Part shown: positions 1 through 8,863 of the stretch, piece after piece
How the letters are laid out: each line of letters begins with the position of its first letter
Numbering within the stretch: the first letter of the stretch is position 1
Origin: an uncultured Ilumatobacter sp.
GTDB taxonomy: Bacteria; Actinomycetota; Acidimicrobiia; Acidimicrobiales; Ilumatobacteraceae
Direction: 5' to 3'
DNA: 37,424 bases
NCBI GenBank assembly: GCA_937891565.1
Contig: CALAHA010000220.1
Span: forward strand, 1-37,424
Notes under the pieces: model-generated
What the model was told of the DNA's origin: nothing
What the model saw: only the letters and a program-made list of their open reading frames with translations
Databases searched by the model: none
Position numbers and translations under genes: made by a program

Positions 1-250
1 CCATGGCGGCGTCGGCCATTGCCTGCACATCGGCGAGCTGCGATACATCGGCTTGGACACCAATCGCATCGTGGCCATTTGCTCGCAAGCCAGCCGCTGC
101 CGCTTCGACGCGGTCAGCGTCGATGTCCGACAACACCACCGACATCCCTGCGTCGGTAAATGCCCGGGCCATGCCCAGCCCGATGCCTCCGGCCGCACCG
201 GTGATCACCGCGACCTTGCCGTGCGGTTCGAACACCAAGTTTTCACTCAT
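1..250 (-). CDS. Short-chain dehydrogenase/reductase (SDR), 5' part; runs off the window start
   Basis: Manual translation from ATG at 250: MSENLVFEPHGKVAVITGAAGGIGLGMARAFTDAGMSVVLSDID...GVQADVS. It has the TGxxxGIG Rossmann motif and a GGGAA upstream. Not in the ORF track because it is truncated. Confidence 0.9.
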   Translation of the reverse strand, partial: MSENLVFEPHGKVAVITGAAGGIGLGMARAFTDAGMSVVLSDIDADRVEAAAAGLRANGHDAIGVQADVSQLADVQAMADAAM

Positions 251-320
251 TGCAATTCCCCATTCTGTCTGGCGGGTCCCCGACCCGATGGCGACGCTAG
301 TTGGCCGCGATGATTGAGGA

Positions 321-2102
321 ATGGCCGAAGAGAAGCAAGACAAGTTCGTGATGAACTTCGAGGCGACCGAACGTCCTGGCCGGCCGCCGCAGGAGTACTA
401 CGACGAGATCAAGGCGAAGTTCGCCGAGCAACGCGACGTGCGGCTCGGCTACCGCCCACCCGGCACCGACAACTACCGCGACCTCGACGGAGCAATGGCC
501 TACCTCGCCCGCGACCCATACGCCGACGGCTGGGCTGAGCGCGAACCGATCGACGACGCCGCCAACGGCGACGACGTCGACGTGCTGTTCATCGGGGGTG
601 GCTTCTCCGCGCTCCTCACTTCAGCACGCCTGCGCGAAAAGGGTGTCGAGAGCATCCGCATCGTCGAACGTGGCGCCGACGTCGGCGGCACCTGGTATTG
701 GAATCGGTACCCCGGTGTTGCCTGCGATGTTGTTGCCTACGACTACCTGCCGCTGCTCGACGAGATGAACTACGTCCCCTCGCGGCATTACGCCCAGGGG
801 CCCGAGATCTTCGCTCACTGCCAGGCGATCGCGAAGAAGTACGACCTGTACGACCTCGCCGTGTTCCAAACCACGGTCACCGAGACCCTGTGGGACGGCG
901 AAACCCAACGCTGGAACATTACGACCGACCGGGGCGACACAATGCGCGCCAAGTTTGTTGTCTGCGCCAACGGCACGCTCGCCAAGCCACGCCTCGCCCG
1001 CATCGACGGCATGGCGCGTTTCCAGGGCCACTCGTTCCACACCTCGCGCTGGGACTACGACTTCACCGGGCCCGACCTCGAGCAACTCGCTGACGTACGG
1101 GTTGGCATCATCGGCACCGGTGCGAGCGCCGTACAGATCATCCCGAACCTTGGGAAACACGCCAAGAGCGTCCACGTGTTCCAGCGCACGCCCTCGTCCA
1201 TCGACATCCGCGACGACTGGGAGACGAGCGACGAGTGGGCTGCCAAACAGGGCAACGGCTGGCAAGCGAAGCGTCGCGCCAAGATCGTGTCCAAGCTACG
1301 CGAGCAAGCCGACCGGAAGGGGCAGCTCCGCCACGGCATCACCCGTGAGGAGAAGATCCGCCGGCAAGAGAACAACAACATCGATCAGATGATGCGGATC
1401 CACAAACGCATCGACGACACCGTCGACGATCAAGCAACGGCAGACGCTTTGAAGCCGTGGTACATGCTGATGTGTAAGCGGCCCTGCTTCCACAACGACT
1501 ACCTCCCGACGTTCAACCGGCCGAATGTGCATCTCGTCGACACCCAGGGCCAGGGCATCACCGAAATTGGTGAGCGCGGCCCGATCTTCGACGGCGTCGA
1601 GTACGAGGTCGACCTGCTGATCTATGCAACCGGCTTCGAAGTGCAACAGACCGGCATCTACAACCGGATCGTCGGCGAGGGCGACGTTGACCTCAACGAG
1701 AAATACGACAGCGGCATTCGGACCCTGCTCGGCATTCACTCGGCAGGCTTCCCGAACATGTTCATCATGGGCGGCTACCAGGCATCGTTCCAGTTCAACC
1801 TGACCGACCTGCTGCAGGTGCAAGGCGACCACATCGCCAACTGCATCTCGCACGCCCGCACCGCCGGTGTCGACACGATGGACGTCACCGCCGACTCAGA
1901 AGAGTGGTGGGTGCAAGAGGTGATCGCGCATCGCGGCAAGACCACACGCAACCAGGAATGCACCCCCGGTTATTACAACTTTGAAGGTCAAGAGAACCGG
2001 CGCCAGGACGGCAACTACAACGGCGGGTTTCCGGCGTACATCGACCACATCGCCGACGTCGAAGCCGAGATGGACGCCCACTTCGTGTTCACCACCGGCT
2101 GA
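321..2102 (+). CDS. Baeyer-Villiger-type flavin-containing monooxygenase (NAD(P)/FAD-dependent)
   Basis: GGGFSA FAD motif, GGTWYWNRYPG, type I BVMO fingerprint FQGHSFHTSRWD, second Rossmann GTGASA, and ATGF. Confidence 0.93.
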   Translation: MAEEKQDKFVMNFEATERPGRPPQEYYDEIKAKFAEQRDVRLGYRPPGTDNYRDLDGAMAYLARDPYADGWAEREPIDDAANGDDVDVLFIGGGFSALLTSARLREKGVESIRIVERGADVGGTWYWNRYPGVACDVVAYDYLPLLDEMNYVPSRHYAQGPEIFAHCQAIAKKYDLYDLAVFQTTVTETLWDGETQRWNITTDRGDTMRAKFVVCANGTLAKPRLARIDGMARFQGHSFHTSRWDYDFTGPDLEQLADVRVGIIGTGASAVQIIPNLGKHAKSVHVFQRTPSSIDIRDDWETSDEWAAKQGNGWQAKRRAKIVSKLREQADRKGQLRHGITREEKIRRQENNNIDQMMRIHKRIDDTVDDQATADALKPWYMLMCKRPCFHNDYLPTFNRPNVHLVDTQGQGITEIGERGPIFDGVEYEVDLLIYATGFEVQQTGIYNRIVGEGDVDLNEKYDSGIRTLLGIHSAGFPNMFIMGGYQASFQFNLTDLLQVQGDHIANCISHARTAGVDTMDVTADSEEWWVQEVIAHRGKTTRNQECTPGYYNFEGQENRRQDGNYNGGFPAYIDHIADVEAEMDAHFVFTTG

Positions 2103-2118
2103 ACAACAAGACTCGGGC

Positions 2119-2952
2119 ATGGCCGACACTTGGGAACACGTCCGCATTGAGCACCCAGCCGAGCGTGTGGCACGCATCGTGCTTGCCCGGCCCGAAGCCG
2201 CGAACGCCCAGAACTATCAAATGCTGTCCGAGCTGAACGAAGCATTTGACGTGGCTTGCCGCGACGGCGACGTGCGGGTGATCGTCCTGGCCGCCGACGG
2301 TAAACACTTCTCGGCCGGGCACGATCTGCGCGCCGAACCGGACATGTCCGACATCGACCCCATCGGCACATGGTGCTGTTTCGATGCAGAAGGCGCCGAG
2401 GGGTACATGGCGAAAGAAGCTGAGATGTATCTCGGCCTGTGCTGGCGCTGGAGGAACCTCCCGAAGCCGACGATCGCGCAGGTGCAGGGCAAGGTCATCG
2501 CCGGCGGCCTGATGTTGATGTGGCCGATGGACCTCGTCGTCTGTAGCGAGGAGGCAACCTTCTCCGACCCGGTCGTCGCATTTGGTGTCAACGGCCACGA
2601 GTACTTCACGCATACGTACGAAGCTGGTGCCCGGCTCGCAAAGGAGATGCTGTTCACCGGCCGGGCGATCACTGCCGACGAAGCACTCCGCTGCGGCATG
2701 GTCAACACGGTCGTCCCGCTCGACGAACTGGAATCGACCACGTTGGCCATGGCCGTACGCATTGCTCAGCGGCCAATGATCGGCCTGACCCTCGCCAAAC
2801 AAAGCGTCAACAACAGCCTCGACGCCATGGGGATGTATACATCGATCCAGTCGGCCTTCGGCCTGCACCACGTCGGGCACAACCACAACGCACGCGTGCA
2901 CGGGATGCTCGTCGACCCAGCAGGCGCGAAGGTCATCCGCGACGAAGCCTGA
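2119..2952 (+). CDS. Enoyl-CoA hydratase/isomerase (crotonase) family protein
   Basis: FSAGHDL, KPTIAQVQGKVIAGG and AKEMLFTGRAITADEA motifs. Start moved to ATG 2119 (MADTWEH), 16 nt after the BVMO stop. Confidence 0.9.
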   Translation: MADTWEHVRIEHPAERVARIVLARPEAANAQNYQMLSELNEAFDVACRDGDVRVIVLAADGKHFSAGHDLRAEPDMSDIDPIGTWCCFDAEGAEGYMAKEAEMYLGLCWRWRNLPKPTIAQVQGKVIAGGLMLMWPMDLVVCSEEATFSDPVVAFGVNGHEYFTHTYEAGARLAKEMLFTGRAITADEALRCGMVNTVVPLDELESTTLAMAVRIAQRPMIGLTLAKQSVNNSLDAMGMYTSIQSAFGLHHVGHNHNARVHGMLVDPAGAKVIRDEA

Positions 2953-2976
2953 ACCCGGTCTGTTGGCCAACCGCTC

Positions 2977-3651
2977 TCAGGCCGCAGGCATGCCAGCGTT
3001 CTTGTGGGCGTGATTCCGAGCATCGCGGAGGTAGTTCAGAACGAGCACGCTCAGCGCAATCCATTCCGCAAAGAACAGCCAACGCTCACCAATCCAGCCG
3101 CCGACCGCCCATGCCAACAGCCCCAACGCAACGAAGGGCAGCAGGATCGCGCCAGCGCGACCGGCCTGCTGTTTGACACGCGTCCACCTCGCCAAGAGGA
3201 TCCAGCCGGGCAGAATCGGTGCCATCAGCATCCACTTCCGTGGTGACCAGTTCGGAACATCGTCGTCACGCACGGCTTCAAGAAATGCACCGCCCACGAA
3301 GAATGCGACGGCAAAAACAAAGTGGAGTGGCCGCGTTCTGCCGACGTGGTCAAACACGATCACGCCCAGCAGGTACGCGCCCATCACGACGTGGATGCGA
3401 TGGCCTGCGTAGATCCAGCCGTTGACGACAAACAGCATCACGGCAATCGTCAGCGGAATGAAGAAGGCACCCGCTGTGACTACATCGTGGTAGCTGCTAA
3501 TGCTCTCTCGGGGCGCCACGAGTTCGGCTCGGTCGATCATCTCGGTGATCCACATGATGGCCGGAGCAGACACGCACGCTGCGACCGCCGTGACGTCGAG
3601 AGACTGGTACTCCCAGTCGGGGTCGCTATTCAGAAATGCGCTGGTTTCCAT
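2977..3651 (-). CDS. Multi-pass membrane protein of unknown function (SISxY / HxxxAxxFF / E motif pattern, DUF998-like)
   Basis: About 6 hydrophobic segments. GGAGA RBS precedes ATG 3651 (METSAF). The family assignment is tentative. Confidence 0.65.
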   Translation of the reverse strand: METSAFLNSDPDWEYQSLDVTAVAACVSAPAIMWITEMIDRAELVAPRESISSYHDVVTAGAFFIPLTIAVMLFVVNGWIYAGHRIHVVMGAYLLGVIVFDHVGRTRPLHFVFAVAFFVGGAFLEAVRDDDVPNWSPRKWMLMAPILPGWILLARWTRVKQQAGRAGAILLPFVALGLLAWAVGGWIGERWLFFAEWIALSVLVLNYLRDARNHAHKNAGMPAA

Positions 3652-3671
3652 CGTCTCTCCCAGGTTCGACC

Positions 3672-3702
3672 TCCACGAAGTCTTCCACGAAGTCTTCCAC
3701 GA
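3672..3702. repeat. 12-bp tandem repeat TCCACGAAGTCT x2.6
   Basis: Read directly; lies in the divergent intergenic region between 3651(-) and 3782(+). Confidence 0.9.
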
Positions 3703-3781
3703 TCGATCGAGCCACCGGACCGAACGACGGCGCTGACCCGACGGATCGCTGCCCGCACCGCCATGCGCGTAGGTTCGCGAC

Positions 3782-4693
3782 ATGACCGAACGCATGCCTG
3801 CTCTTGCCCTCGTCGCCGTTCCCGGCCGACGCGCCCAGACCGTCGAGTTGGCCGTCGAAATCGAACAGCGCGGTTTCTCCGGGATCTATGGCCCAAGCTT
3901 TGGCGACGCGATGGGGCTGTGCCTGTCGATCGCGCACGCCACAAACACGATTCAGTTCGGTACATCAATCCAGCCGATCTATCTGCAGCACCCGGTCGCG
4001 CTTGCAACGACGGCGAGCTACCTGCACGAGATCGCAGGTGGTCGGTTCCGGCTCGGCGTCGGTGTCACCCACGGCCCGGTGATCAAGCAGTTGCAGGTCG
4101 AGACCGGCAAGCCACTCAGCGACATGCGCAACTACGTCGCCACGATGCGCGACGCCGCCAAGCGCATGGGCGCGCTGCCCGACATCGTGCTTGCCACGCT
4201 GCGCGACAAGATGGTCGGGCTGTCGGTCGAGGTTGGCGATGGCGCAGTGTGGGCCAACGCCTCGCGCAGCCGGATGGAGCACTCACTGGGGCTCGTTCCC
4301 GACGATCGCCGCGCCGAAGGATTCTGGATTGGCAACATGATTCCGACCGTCATCGATGACGACATCGAGGCGGCGCGGGCTCGCAACCGCAAGACGCTGC
4401 AGGGGTATGTTGCGCTCCCGAACTACCGCAACTATTGGATTGACGCGGGCTACGAAGAAGAGATGTCCGCCGTGTCGGTTGCCATCGAAGCCCACGACAC
4501 AGACGGTGTGGTAGCGGCGATGAGTGATCGATGGCTCGACGACTGCACGCTCTCTGGTTCGGCCAGCCGCGTCCGCGACGGCGTCGAGGCGTGGTTCGAC
4601 GCCGGTGTCACGTCACCAATCCTCGTTCCGTCATCGACGAGCGGCGGCCAGAACAAGGCATTCTCCGAACTCTTCGACACGTTCAGCAGTTGA
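3782..4693 (+). CDS. LLM-class (luciferase-like) flavin/F420-dependent oxidoreductase
   Basis: IAHATNTIQFGTSI...HPVALA...LHEIAGGRFRLGVG pattern. TAGGTT lies 6 nt before the ATG. Confidence 0.88.
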   Translation: MTERMPALALVAVPGRRAQTVELAVEIEQRGFSGIYGPSFGDAMGLCLSIAHATNTIQFGTSIQPIYLQHPVALATTASYLHEIAGGRFRLGVGVTHGPVIKQLQVETGKPLSDMRNYVATMRDAAKRMGALPDIVLATLRDKMVGLSVEVGDGAVWANASRSRMEHSLGLVPDDRRAEGFWIGNMIPTVIDDDIEAARARNRKTLQGYVALPNYRNYWIDAGYEEEMSAVSVAIEAHDTDGVVAAMSDRWLDDCTLSGSASRVRDGVEAWFDAGVTSPILVPSSTSGGQNKAFSELFDTFSS

Positions 4694-4715
4694 CACCAAG
4701 CGATCATCATCAATC

Positions 4716-4742
4716 GGGATGGCATTGGAAGCATCCGGGGTT
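4716..4742 (+). promoter_or_regulatory. Possible SigR/SigH-type ECF promoter for msrB (GGATG-N18-GTT)
   Basis: Imperfect match to GGAAY-N18-GTT, 9 nt upstream of the ATG. msrB is commonly in thiol-stress sigma regulons of actinobacteria. Confidence 0.3.
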
Positions 4743-4751
4743 ATACCTGGC

Positions 4752-5177
4752 ATGAAGTTGCCCTGGAAGTCCGCACCGAAATCTGACAATGCCGAGCTCC
4801 GCGAGCGGCTGAGTACAGAGCAATATCGGGTCACGCAGAAGGGCGGCACCGAGCGGCCCTTCAGCGGCCGCTACCACGACACGAAAGACGACGGTACGTA
4901 TAGGTGCATCGTCTGTTCTGCCGAGTTGTTTGACAGCGACACCAAGTTCGACTCCGGCACCGGCTGGCCGTCGTTCACCGACGCGATCGACGCAAGCAGT
5001 GTGTCACTGCACAAAGACCGCAAATTCGGCATCCTGCGGACTGAGGCGCGCTGCGCCGGCTGCGACGCCCATCTCGGCCACGTGTTTCCCGACGGGCCTG
5101 GCCCGAGCGGCGAACGATTTTGCATGAACTCGGCATCGTTGCAGCTCCACAAGGCGACGCACGACCGACCGACCTGA
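4752..5177 (+). CDS. msrB: Peptide-methionine (R)-S-oxide reductase MsrB
   Basis: GTERPFSG, two CxxC Zn sites (CIVC, CAGC), DSGTGWPSF, HLGHVFPDGP, and RFCMNSASL with the catalytic Cys. Start taken as ATG 4752. Confidence 0.96.
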   Translation: MKLPWKSAPKSDNAELRERLSTEQYRVTQKGGTERPFSGRYHDTKDDGTYRCIVCSAELFDSDTKFDSGTGWPSFTDAIDASSVSLHKDRKFGILRTEARCAGCDAHLGHVFPDGPGPSGERFCMNSASLQLHKATHDRPT

Positions 5178-5259
5178 GCCCGGCCCGTGACAGGCAGTCG
5201 GCATGAAGACGTCACGTTGAGGAAACACGTCCTTCACGCGGCTGCGCGAGCCTTTCGAG

Positions 5260-5730
5260 ATGATCGTGTCCCACTCCTCATGCGTTGTCGTCGCGCTGGG
5301 CCATCCAAGCCTCACCAACTATCTCGCCGAATTCGCCGACCAGCTGCGTGGAGAACGACGGTACTTTGGCCGCTCGGCTGTGCCGAAGCCTTCTCGATCG
5401 ATGATCGAACGCCTGATGACTCTCGGTTCGGTCAACTTCGGCGTCATGTCTGATGACCAACTCATTGCGATCGCGCGTGTCGACGACTCCTCAGAACTCG
5501 ATATCGCCGTCCTCGCTGACTGGCGCGGCAACGGCATCGGGTCATTGCTGTTGCGCCACACGATCGAGCGGGCCGAGTTTGTCGGGCACGAACGCATCGT
5601 TCTGCACTCGAGCCGAAGGAGTCGTCCGGTCGCTGCGATCGGCCAACGCTCTGACGCGACGGCCGTCGACTACGGCGATGGTCGCGTCGACATCATCTTC
5701 GCTCGGCAACACCGACTCGGGCTTGCCTGA
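5260..5730 (+). CDS. GNAT family N-acetyltransferase
   Basis: Acetyl-CoA binding motif A: IAVLADWRGNGIGSLLL. Start is uncertain. Confidence 0.7.
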   Translation: MIVSHSSCVVVALGHPSLTNYLAEFADQLRGERRYFGRSAVPKPSRSMIERLMTLGSVNFGVMSDDQLIAIARVDDSSELDIAVLADWRGNGIGSLLLRHTIERAEFVGHERIVLHSSRRSRPVAAIGQRSDATAVDYGDGRVDIIFARQHRLGLA

Positions 5731-5738
5731 CCAAGGAT

Positions 5739-6992
5739 CTAGCTGTCAGAGCGCGGCGTCGGCGTGAAGCGCACATTGAGGTGCTTCACACCGGTGACCA
5801 GCGGGATGCCTGCAACATCGAGCGGAATTGCGTCGCCGACGACTTCGATGTCGGGCAACCGGGTGAACAGGTCGCGGAAGACCACCGCCAGCTCGCGGCG
5901 AGCGAGGTTCGCACCCAGGCAAAAGTGCGGCCCAGGGCCACCGAAACCGAGGTGCGGGTTCGGGCTGCGCAGCACGTCGAAGCGTTCGGGGTCGGCGAAC
6001 GCCTTCGGGTCACGGTTGCCGGCGCCGTAGAGCATGACGAGCTTGTCGCCCTCGACGAAATCATGGCCAGACATCGTGAGATCGCGCGTGGCCGTACGGC
6101 GCATGAACGTGACCGGTGAGGAGTATCGGACGATCTCTTCGACCGCAGTCGGGGTGACTCCAGCAATGTCGTTCTGCCAGATCGCACGCTGCTCAGGATG
6201 CTGCGCCAAGAGGTTCATTCCGTGGCTAATAGCCGTGCGAGTCGTGTCGTTGCCGGCGACGGCGAGGAGGATGAAGAACGGGGCGACCTCTTCGGCTGCG
6301 AGCATTTCGCCGTCGAGGTCGTTGTGGACGAGCTTCGAGGTGAGGTCGTCGGTGGGGTTTTTGCGCCGCTCTTCTGCCAACCCATTCATCAGTTCGGTGA
6401 GCTGGATTCCGGCACCGAAGATGGCCATCATCGGGTCGCCGTCGCCAATGAACTCGGGGTCGCCACCGCTGAGGATCACGTTCGTCGCGTTGAGCACGGT
6501 GTCGAACTCGCTGCGCGGGATACCCATCATGTCGCAGATAACAAGCAGCGGGAACGGTTGCGAGAGCGCCTGAACGAGGTCGACTTCGCCCTTTTCGCAG
6601 AACCCGTCGATGACCTCGCGCGAAATGTTCTCGACCGAGTCAAGCACGGTCGCGAGATCGGTTGGCGTGAAGGTTTTGGCAACGATTGCCCGCTGACGCT
6701 GGTGACGCGGGTTGTCCATGTTGATGAACGAGCCGAAAAATTCGAGGGCCTCGGGCGGCAAGTCGACGATCGAGATGGCGCCTTGTGCCGAACTGAAATC
6801 CTTCGCGTTCTTGCTGATCTGAACGATCTCGTCGAACCGAGTCACCGCGAAGAACTCCTCTTCCATCCCGGTCATTTCGTTCACGAACTCAACTTTGCTG
6901 AACGGCCCCGATTCGCGGATTGCAATCATCTCGCGCATCCGGTCGTCCAGTGGTTGCGTCCAGAAGGACGGTTCGATCAGGCGCGAAGTCAT
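5739..6992 (-). CDS. Cytochrome P450 (CYP124/125-like lipid/steroid omega-hydroxylase group)
   Basis: I-helix AGNDTT, ExxR (EEIVR), and heme motif HLGFGGPGPHFCLGANLARRE. Confidence 0.95.
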   Translation of the reverse strand: MTSRLIEPSFWTQPLDDRMREMIAIRESGPFSKVEFVNEMTGMEEEFFAVTRFDEIVQISKNAKDFSSAQGAISIVDLPPEALEFFGSFINMDNPRHQRQRAIVAKTFTPTDLATVLDSVENISREVIDGFCEKGEVDLVQALSQPFPLLVICDMMGIPRSEFDTVLNATNVILSGGDPEFIGDGDPMMAIFGAGIQLTELMNGLAEERRKNPTDDLTSKLVHNDLDGEMLAAEEVAPFFILLAVAGNDTTRTAISHGMNLLAQHPEQRAIWQNDIAGVTPTAVEEIVRYSSPVTFMRRTATRDLTMSGHDFVEGDKLVMLYGAGNRDPKAFADPERFDVLRSPNPHLGFGGPGPHFCLGANLARRELAVVFRDLFTRLPDIEVVGDAIPLDVAGIPLVTGVKHLNVRFTPTPRSDS

Positions 6993-7132
6993 CAGCGAAT
7001 CGTAGAACGCCGGCGTCCGCCAGCCGCGTTCGGTGGCGACCTGACGGCAAGCGTCACAACCCGCTCAACCGGACGGACCTGGCGAATGTGCAAGCTGATT
7101 GATTCACCACGAGCAATCCGCAGATCGAATCC

Positions 7133-8203
7133 TCAGAGCGAGTCGGCGAAGCCCTTGATGTCGCGGATCGTGGCGTGCCACACGTCGGGCATGGCATCGA
7201 GGAACAGACAGTCGCCGGCGTGGCAGGTGCCGTTGACTGTGCGGCTGACGGCACTCACTCCCGCGTCAAGCAGCTTGCGGTAGTAGACGAGCCCCTCGTC
7301 GCGCAGCGGGTCGAGCTGGTTGACCGAGATGACGTGCGGTGGAAGCCCTTCGAGGTCTGAGCTCTCGGCGTGCATCGGCCACGCCAGCGGGTTGGTGTCA
7401 TCGGCGCCGTCGGGGCTGTAGGTCTTGGCGAGTGCCCCCATGTTCTCGATATTCAAGAAGTAGTTGTCGTTTTCGAAGAGCGAGGCCAGCTCGGCGATTG
7501 GCTCGGCGTAGGCATTTGAGATGTACGGGCACTGCGCGTAGACGCCAGCGATGTCGCTGATCCAGCCATCCTGCTTCGCCTTCAGTGCGGTGGCAATCGA
7601 CAGGTTGCCACCGCCCGACTCGCCCGACATGACGACCTGTGAAACGCCGAGATCATCACGGTTCGCAATGACCCACTGTGTAGCGCTGGCACAGTCGTTG
7701 AGACCAGCCGGGAACGGGTGCGGCCCGAGCTTTCCGGCAGCGTTGCGGAACTCGACGCCGACGACGACCATTCCGGTGGCAGCGAGGTCGTCGCGCCAAC
7801 GGCCGTAGTTGGGATTGGAGGCTTTCAGGATCGCCATGCCGCCGCCATGCGTGTGGACGATGCACGGCAGCAGCCCGTCGACGCCATCGGGGCGGTGGAT
7901 GTACAGGTTGATCTCGTTGCCATCGACGCCGGTGATTACTTCGGTGCGCGAGCTGATCCCGGTGGTCGGCGGCGTGTTGGAAACAACGAAGTCTCCGAGG
8001 GCGTTAAAGCCGGCCTCGGCCTCCATGCAGTAAGCAAGCAATTCCTCGATGGAATTGGCGGCCGTGACAGGCGACGGCGGCGGAGCCACGTCCATCCCGA
8101 GCATCGCCATCGCGGCGATCATCCGCGGGTCAGCGCGGGGATCATCCTTAATATCGAGGCTCGGATTTCCAAGTCGGCCAGGAAGGTTCGGTGAAATGGA
8201 CAT
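7133..8203 (-). CDS. Alpha/beta hydrolase, hormone-sensitive-lipase-like esterase
   Basis: HGGG oxyanion motif, GESGG nucleophile elbow, DPLRDEG and C-terminal His. Start taken as ATG 8203 (GAGG upstream). Confidence 0.92.
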   Translation of the reverse strand: MSISPNLPGRLGNPSLDIKDDPRADPRMIAAMAMLGMDVAPPPSPVTAANSIEELLAYCMEAEAGFNALGDFVVSNTPPTTGISSRTEVITGVDGNEINLYIHRPDGVDGLLPCIVHTHGGGMAILKASNPNYGRWRDDLAATGMVVVGVEFRNAAGKLGPHPFPAGLNDCASATQWVIANRDDLGVSQVVMSGESGGGNLSIATALKAKQDGWISDIAGVYAQCPYISNAYAEPIAELASLFENDNYFLNIENMGALAKTYSPDGADDTNPLAWPMHAESSDLEGLPPHVISVNQLDPLRDEGLVYYRKLLDAGVSAVSRTVNGTCHAGDCLFLDAMPDVWHATIRDIKGFADSL

Positions 8204-8293
8204 GCGCGCCTCTCGATCGTTGAGAGGCGAGCTTCGCATCCGGCAACCAGGTACGACAACTCGGGTCGCCGACTCAGTGGCTACGGTCGAGAG

Positions 8294-8863
8294 CTACATC
8301 ATTCCAAGTTCAAGGCGGGCAACGGTGGAGAGGCGCGAAGCGTCCCACGGCGGGTCAAAGACCAGCTTGACGTCAACCGTTTTGACATCGTTGATTGCGG
8401 CAACCGCGTCGCGAAGGTCGAGGCGCAAGATGTCGCCCATGCCGCAAAACGGTGCCGTGACCGACATGTCGATGTCGACGTGCCAGCCCCCGTCATCGAG
8501 TTCTTCGGCGTCGACGCGATACACCAGACCAAGCTCGACAATGTCGACCGGGATCTCCGGGTCGAAGACGGTCGCGGCCGCTTCCCATACACGGTCGATA
8601 CTGAACGGCCCGGCGCTTGCAACGGCCTCGACGTCCGGAGCAGCAATGAACCCGAAATCGATCGAATCTTGACGACTCAGACGAGCCATTTCACCGGCGC
8701 TGGTGGTGACCGTGGCGGTCGCCCCGAGTGCCTGCAGCAACGTCACCCGATCACCCGCTGGAAGCGTGATTGCCTGACCGGCCGGCACGATGGTGGCGTC
8801 GACGGCGCGAGGCAGCGTGAAGCCTTTGGTCTTGCCGACGCTGACGGTCTGATCAGCCATCAT
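8294..8863 (-). CDS. sufT: Fe-S cluster assembly protein SufT (DUF59/PaaD-like, long form)
   Basis: VFDPEIPVDIVELGLVY, TAPFCGMG, FDPPW...ARLELG. Overlaps the sufD end. Confidence 0.88.
   Translation of the reverse strand: MMADQTVSVGKTKGFTLPRAVDATIVPAGQAITLPAGDRVTLLQALGATATVTTSAGEMARLSRQDSIDFGFIAAPDVEAVASAGPFSIDRVWEAAATVFDPEIPVDIVELGLVYRVDAEELDDGGWHVDIDMSVTAPFCGMGDILRLDLRDAVAAINDVKTVDVKLVFDPPWDASRLSTVARLELGMM

Noticed and set aside
4752-5177. Selenoprotein form of MsrB
   Set aside because: The catalytic residue is an ordinary Cys codon (RFCMNS) and there is no in-frame TGA.
5203-5262. ATG at 5203 in frame with the GNAT gene but interrupted by TGA at 5218 (MKTSR*GNTSF...): possible selenocysteine readthrough or pseudogenised N-terminus
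   Set aside because: No convincing SECIS-like hairpin and no redox motif context; a chance upstream ATG is sufficient explanation.
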